Source of the DNA: Chrysochromulina tobinii
Taxonomy: Eukaryota
Assembly: GCA_001275005.1 (NCBI GenBank)
Contig: JWZX01002833.1
Location: 1 to 55,962 of the forward strand
Length of the DNA: 55,962 nucleotides
Direction of reading: 5' to 3'
In this document: in pieces, positions 51,122 through 55,962 of the stretch
Layout: each line of letters opens with the position of its first letter
Numbering within the stretch: the stretch's first letter is position 1
The notes under the pieces: model-generated
What the model was told of the DNA's origin: nothing
Databases searched by the model: none
The model's input: the letters and a program-made list of their open reading frames with translations, nothing else
Program-made: the position numbers and the translations under genes

Positions 51122-52057
51122 ATGGCCGATGCCTCGGCCTCCTCTGACTCGCCGCCGCCGCCGCGGCCGAGCAGGGACGACGGCGACGACGACGACGACG
51201 GCGACGGCGTCGCCCCGCCGGGGACGTCACACTCGAGGAAGCGGCCGCTGCCTGGCCTGTCGCATTCCTCCCAGGAGATGTCATCGCAAGAGTCCCATGA
51301 AGGATATGAAGGCAGCCAGGAGTCGGAGGCCGCTGGCGCCGACCTCGAAACGCCATTTGACCCGGCGGCGGCGAGCAGCCCATCGGCCACGGGAGGCGTC
51401 GGCGCCTCGCCAGCCTCGGGGGCAACCACCGGCGGGCTGCCTGCTGCACCCATCTACCCACCCCCTTCACAGCTGCCGGCTCTGTCGCCTGGCGCGCCGC
51501 CGGGCAGCGCCGACTCGGTGCTGCCAATGGAGGCGGACAGCGCATCGCCCCCGCCGCCGCCCTCGTCTTCGATGTACTCTGACTGCTCACCGATGCCCCC
51601 GCGCATCCTCACCTACGGTGCGGCTGCGGCTAGCACCTCAAGTGAGGAGGAGGTGCGTCCGTACGCGCCGGCGGCGGCGGCAGTGAAGCTGGTGGAGGCG
51701 GACGCGAGCCTCAAGGCGGCCGCGCCGCTGTCCCTCGCGCCAGCTCCGGAGGCGGCGGCGGCGCAGGCAGAGGCTGTGGCGGAGGAGGTGCTCGCTTGCG
51801 TGGCTTGGCTGCTCGATGCGCTGGAGGGCGAGGAGGCGTGGGAGGAGTTGGAGGCGGACGCGTGGGAGGAGGCGGAGGCTGACGCGATGGCGGAGGCCGC
51901 GGCCGTGGCCGTGGCCGTGGCCGTGGCCGTGGCGGTGCCGCCGCCGCTGGGTGCGCACGAGGCGGACCCCTACGCCTCCACGGCGTCGGCCTCCACCTAT
52001 GTCCCGGGTGCCAGAACGGACTCCTCGTACAACGACCTCGAGCTCGATGATGACTGA
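51122..52057 (+). CDS. Low-complexity acidic/Pro-rich orphan protein
   Basis: Open frame from MADASASS, with a short basic motif (RKRP), EEVLACVAWLLDALE and a (VA)n microsatellite. Confidence 0.45.
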   Translation: MADASASSDSPPPPRPSRDDGDDDDDGDGVAPPGTSHSRKRPLPGLSHSSQEMSSQESHEGYEGSQESEAAGADLETPFDPAAASSPSATGGVGASPASGATTGGLPAAPIYPPPSQLPALSPGAPPGSADSVLPMEADSASPPPPPSSSMYSDCSPMPPRILTYGAAAASTSSEEEVRPYAPAAAAVKLVEADASLKAAAPLSLAPAPEAAAAQAEAVAEEVLACVAWLLDALEGEEAWEELEADAWEEAEADAMAEAAAVAVAVAVAVAVPPPLGAHEADPYASTASASTYVPGARTDSSYNDLELDDD

Positions 52058-52230
52058 CTGTGATTCTGTTTGTGTGGATTGCTAGAATTCTTCATGCTTC
52101 CGTGGCTCCCAACTCGCGCGTGCGCTCTAACGCGGACACACGGAGTACACAGGTCGCGTGCAACTGTGACCACAACGTCCGCTTCATGCGCGCGCGCTCG
52201 CATGCAGAGAGCGCCGGGCCAAAGATGTGT

Positions 52231-52775
52231 TTTTGAGTGGTTGAGGCCGCCTCAGCGACTCCCCCGCGCTGATTTTGAGTGGTTGAGGCCGCCTCAGCGA
52301 CTCCCCGGCGCTGATTTTGAGTTGTTGAGGCCGCCTCAGCGACTCCCCCGCGCTGATTTTGAGTGGTTGAGGTCGCCTCAGCGACTCCCCGGCGCTGATT
52401 TTGAGTTGTTGAGGCCGCCTCAACGACTCCCCCGCGCCGATTTTGAGTGGTTGAGGCCGCCTCAGCGACTCCCCGGCGCTGATTTTGAGTTGTTGAGGCC
52501 GCCTCAACGACTCCCCCGCGCTGATTTTGAGTGGTTGAGGCCGCCTCAACGACTCCCCCGCGCTGATTTTGAGTTGTTGAGGCCGCCTCAGCGACTCATC
52601 CGCGCTGATTTTGAGCTGTTTTGAGTTATAGAGGCCGCCTCAACGACTCCCCCGCGCTGATTTTGAGTTGTTGAGTAGTTGTTGAGGCCGCCTCAACGAC
52701 TCCCCGGCGCTGATTTTGAGTTGTTGAGGCCGCCTCAACGACGCCCCGGCGCTGATTTTGAGTCGTTGAGGCCGC
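52231..52775. repeat. Second array of the 42-bp hairpin repeat, about 12.5 units, inverted relative to 45192-46054
   Basis: ttttgagtkgttgaggccgcctcarcgactcccccgcgctga is the reverse complement of the left-array unit. Confidence 0.95.
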
Positions 52776-52993
52776 AGAGCTGCAACTCGCCTGTTGTATG
52801 TTGATGTTGTATGTTGAATCTTGAATGATCAGCGTTCAGCGTTCAGCGTTCCGAGTATCCGAAAGCCGCCGAGTGTTAACACCCGATAGTTCACAGCCGA
52901 GTTGTTAACACCTTCAAAGCCCACCTGGGTTATCCAAGTAGTTCACTCTCAATTGGGTTCTTGGTGTTCTTGGCTCACAGCGGCGCGGCGCTC

Positions 52994-53971
52994 ATGGCAT
53001 CCAACGCTGCCGCCAAAACGTTGGATGTTCCGAAGAAAGTCCCACCGCTACGCGCCTTACCACCAGCGCCGCCATCACCGCCGTTGCTCATCCAGGAGAG
53101 CCCGATAGTCTTCACTGAGCATATGGAAGAGAGTGTGCGAGGGCGGCGCCTCGAGCATCATTTTTTGCCCCGAATTTTCCATATGCTCTTCAAGACACTT
53201 GCGGTCTTCGTGTACCTGGTACAAATGCTGACTGCGCGCGCCGACGCCACGCCGCCGAGGCTGCTGCTGCCTGATCGGCTCACACCAGCGTGGCCGCATA
53301 GCCGCAAGCGCGGTTGCAGCTCTGCGGGCTGCGCGTACGGCCTCTGCATCCTCAGGCGCATTGCTCACGCGCCACCTCTCTCTCGCCGCCCACCGCAGAC
53401 GGCGGGCCTCTGGGGCACCTCGTACGTGCTCACTTTTGTGCTCGTAACGATGCTGATGGCCATGGGTGCGCGCGCCCCGCGTTTCGTCTCAGCGCGGCCG
53501 CTGCCCAGCTCCTTCCTGCGCCTCTGCTGCTGCCTGAGCCACTACTGCTGCCGCTGCCGCGCAGATTTCTGGACAGTCAAAAACATCTCTGGCCGGTTGC
53601 TCGTCGGCCTGCGATGGTGGAACGTCGTCGATGACAAGGGTGAGTCGAAATGGCACTTTCAAAGTTTCGAGGACCAGAGGTTTGTGCATCCGACAGACTC
53701 CAACATCTTTTGGCTCGCGCTCTTCATCTCGCCCATCGTCTGGGGTATTCTCGCCATCGGGGCGCTGCTCTCGTTCAAATTCATGTGGTTCTTGCTCGTC
53801 CAGGTTGCATTTGGCCTCAGCGTGATCAACGCTTACGGATATGTGAAGTGCAAGCGAGACGCCAGCAAAAAGCTGCAAGCGTTCGGCGGCACAGTTTTTA
53901 CGCGAGGGCTGCAGGCGTATGCGTCCATGCGCTCACGATCCGGTGGCGGTGGGGGCAGCGCCCCGATCTGA
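52994..53971 (+). CDS. TVP23: Golgi membrane protein TVP23/FAM18; predicted introns 53219..53398 and 53466..53564
   Basis: FHMLFK; after splicing MDFWTVKNISGRLLVGLRWWN...W.F; D..IFW; N.YGYVKC. Confidence 0.88.
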   Translation: MASNAAAKTLDVPKKVPPLRALPPAPPSPPLLIQESPIVFTEHMEESVRGRRLEHHFLPRIFHMLFKTLAVFVYLVQMLTARADATPPRLLLPDRLTPAWPHSRKRGCSSAGCAYGLCILRRIAHAPPLSRRPPQTAGLWGTSYVLTFVLVTMLMAMGARAPRFVSARPLPSSFLRLCCCLSHYCCRCRADFWTVKNISGRLLVGLRWWNVVDDKGESKWHFQSFEDQRFVHPTDSNIFWLALFISPIVWGILAIGALLSFKFMWFLLVQVAFGLSVINAYGYVKCKRDASKKLQAFGGTVFTRGLQAYASMRSRSGGGGGSAPI

Positions 53972-54394
53972 GCCGGTATGGCACAGCGGCAAGCAGGCCA
54001 TTCCTCCGTAGTGGCCATGTGCTCCGAGGCGTACCGATGTCATAGCTCATACTGTGAAACGCCGCGGAGATTTAGAGATACTGTTCGACGCATAAAAACG
54101 CATCGTGATGTACATATAGCAAGCATATAATACGAAACTGGATAATACGCGGCCAACGCCGTCGAATCATTACAGCCGCCGAGCGCCGACTCAACCGAAG
54201 GTTCCGAACGGGCCGGCAGACCTCAACAAGCCATGCAAGCGCGCCACCCGCGGCGGCCGGCGGGGGCTGGGCGCCCCCCCCCGCCCCCGCAAGCTGACAC
54301 GGAGGATTGTTCACGTACGCTCCGTCTGCACATTCAGTCTGCTATACCTTGCTATGGCGGTTGTGCCGCATTTCTTCCCACGAGGCTTTCGCTC

Positions 54395-55962
54395 TCACGG
54401 ACTGGAGCCGCTGGTCGAGCCACTGCCCGCGGTACTCGGCTCGCTCTGCGGCAAGGCGGAGGACGAAGAGAGGTTGTTCGAGTCCGACGAGTTGGCACCG
54501 GCGGAGCCGACGCTCCCGGCCACCGCAGAGGCGCGCGATACGTCGCTCGCGGAACCCGAGCCCGCATTGGAGTCGGCATTCGAGCCCGCGTTGGAGCCTG
54601 ATTGATCCGAGTGGTGCGAACCGTTGCCGCTCGCATTCGACGGCTGCGAGCCGCCCGAAGCGCCAGAATTGTCGCTGCCCGACTTGTCGCTGCCCGACTT
54701 GTCGCTGCCCGACTTGTCGCTGCCCGACTTATGCGACGAGCGGCCTTCTGAGTCGGAGCGCTCATCCGATTCGCCTCGGCATTGCTTCCGGCGATCGTCC
54801 TCGGAGCCGCTGTCCGCCCCCGTCCGCTCGCGGTCTGAGCCGTCGCGCCCCTCGATAGAGCTGTGGTCGTTGTTGTCGTACGACGAGCGCTCTGAGGGCT
54901 CGGAATCGCGCTCTTCGCCCTCGCGGCTGCCTTCGGGCGACGTATCGCGCTTGCGCTTCAGATCGATCTTCGCCACCGCCTCGTCGGGCAGCAAGCCGGC
55001 GTCCGTCAAGCTCACGGCCGCGGTCAGGTGATCGAGCGTGGGGCGTCCGGAGCCGCAGCCGAAAGCGGAGCTGCCGCGGGCCGAGGCACCGGCCGCAGCA
55101 CCGCCCGGTTGACTTCCGTGCGCAGAGCCGCCGATGGCGTAGGTGCAATCGTTCTCCTCGCCGTCGCTGTGCTTGTCGTGCGCCCCCATATCGTCGTCCT
55201 TGCAGTCCATGTCGTCCTCGTCCTCCATGTCGTTCTCGTAGTCCTGCGCGGCGCGCGGAGCGGGCACGACCGGTGCTGGCCTCGCGTTCAGGATCTCCTG
55301 CACAGCCGCATGCAGCGCCGGGTGCCGATGCGCGACCGCCTGGGAGAGCGCGACGAGTGTATGATCCATCGCGAGGGCGCGATGTCGGAAGCTTTGCTCC
55401 ATCCGCCCGATAGCATCTTCCGACTGCCGGAGCAGCTCCTCGAGCAATTCCATCGGCACCACGAGGCAGCCGTTTTCGGCGGCAGCAGTAGAGCTCCTGC
55501 CCGCCGGGGCGTGGCTGCATGCTGCCATCTGGCTGTCGTTGGCAGGGGCCAGCAAGGCGACGGGACCGCGATCCGACGATGCGTTCGTCGGCGGCAGCTG
55601 TACCCCCGCCTCGTGCGGCACAGACGGCATTGGCAGCCTGGCTAGTGGCGGTGGCGCTCGCAGCGGCTGTGGCGGCTGCGGCGGCTGTGCCGCCGCCGCC
55701 ACCGGCGAGTTGTGCGGCTGTGGCGCGTAGCTCGTATGGACGACTGTGAGCTCTTCGACGAGGTCCTCGACACGGCCACCTGCTGGCCCACGCCGGATTT
55801 TGTGCAGCTCTTCTGGCGCGTCGGGGCGGAAGTGCTCATGCGAGAAGACCATCGCGTCAGGATAATCCGGCTCAGAATAGGAGCGCCGCACAAAGGCGTA
55901 TGTGTGCATTTGCTGCGTGAACGAGCCGAGCTTGTTGTGCTTGAAGTAGCGCGGCAGCAGGT
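54395..55962 (-). CDS. HSF-type DNA-binding transcription factor (5'-partial)
   Basis: The window end translates as LLPRYFKHNKLGSFTQQMHTYAF...FSHEHF...LHKIRR (HSF DNA-binding domain), followed by a coiled coil and a Ser/Gly-rich tail. Confidence 0.85.
   Translation of the reverse strand, partial: LLPRYFKHNKLGSFTQQMHTYAFVRRSYSEPDYPDAMVFSHEHFRPDAPEELHKIRRGPAGGRVEDLVEELTVVHTSYAPQPHNSPVAAAAQPPQPPQPLRAPPPLARLPMPSVPHEAGVQLPPTNASSDRGPVALLAPANDSQMAACSHAPAGRSSTAAAENGCLVVPMELLEELLRQSEDAIGRMEQSFRHRALAMDHTLVALSQAVAHRHPALHAAVQEILNARPAPVVPAPRAAQDYENDMEDEDDMDCKDDDMGAHDKHSDGEENDCTYAIGGSAHGSQPGGAAAGASARGSSAFGCGSGRPTLDHLTAAVSLTDAGLLPDEAVAKIDLKRKRDTSPEGSREGEERDSEPSERSSYDNNDHSSIEGRDGSDRERTGADSGSEDDRRKQCRGESDERSDSEGRSSHKSGSDKSGSDKSGSDKSGSDNSGASGGSQPSNASGNGSHHSDQSGSNAGSNADSNAGSGSASDVSRASAVAGSVGSAGANSSDSNNLSSSSALPQSEPSTAGSGSTSGSSP

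Noticed and set aside
52070..52624. ORFs encoding (LRPPQRLPRADFE)n, also at 44950-45770
   Set aside because: They arise because the 42-bp unit is a multiple of 3; indels break the frame in both arrays.

Overview
GC-rich eukaryotic nuclear DNA with spliceosomal introns and TTAGGG-type repeats; gene style suggests a haptophyte-like alga (inference). Bases 1-5945 are the 3' part of a Helitron/Helentron-type Rep-helicase ORF: HUH motif-3 YxxKY at the window edge, a PIF1 helicase, a SAP domain and an OTU protease whose halves are in reversed order. Bases ~6.3-41.7 kb are mostly host genes: multi-SH3 protein, 2OG-Fe oxygenase, JmjC fusion, dual-specificity phosphatase, Nudix, GT47, GT2-like, IQ, ankyrin, C2HC zinc finger, lipase3-EF-hand-PLA2 fusion, DNA2, DDX55/SPB4 and DGAT2. 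The window ends with TVP23 and a partial HSF. Two things stand out. (1) An ~11 kb accessory island (~42.0-52.9 kb) with two inverted arrays of a 42-bp hairpin repeat, a 29-bp palindrome-core array, a UIM-UIM-OTU-Zn-Tudor-AP2-HNH nuclease gene and orphan ORFs sharing sequence modules and a 5' leader with it, one with an HUH-like motif. (2) Three predicted introns bracketed by direct repeats of the exon junction and filled with simple or telomeric repeats, one with an internal AG|GT that would allow recursive splicing. All domain calls come from reading motifs by eye; no database searches were run.
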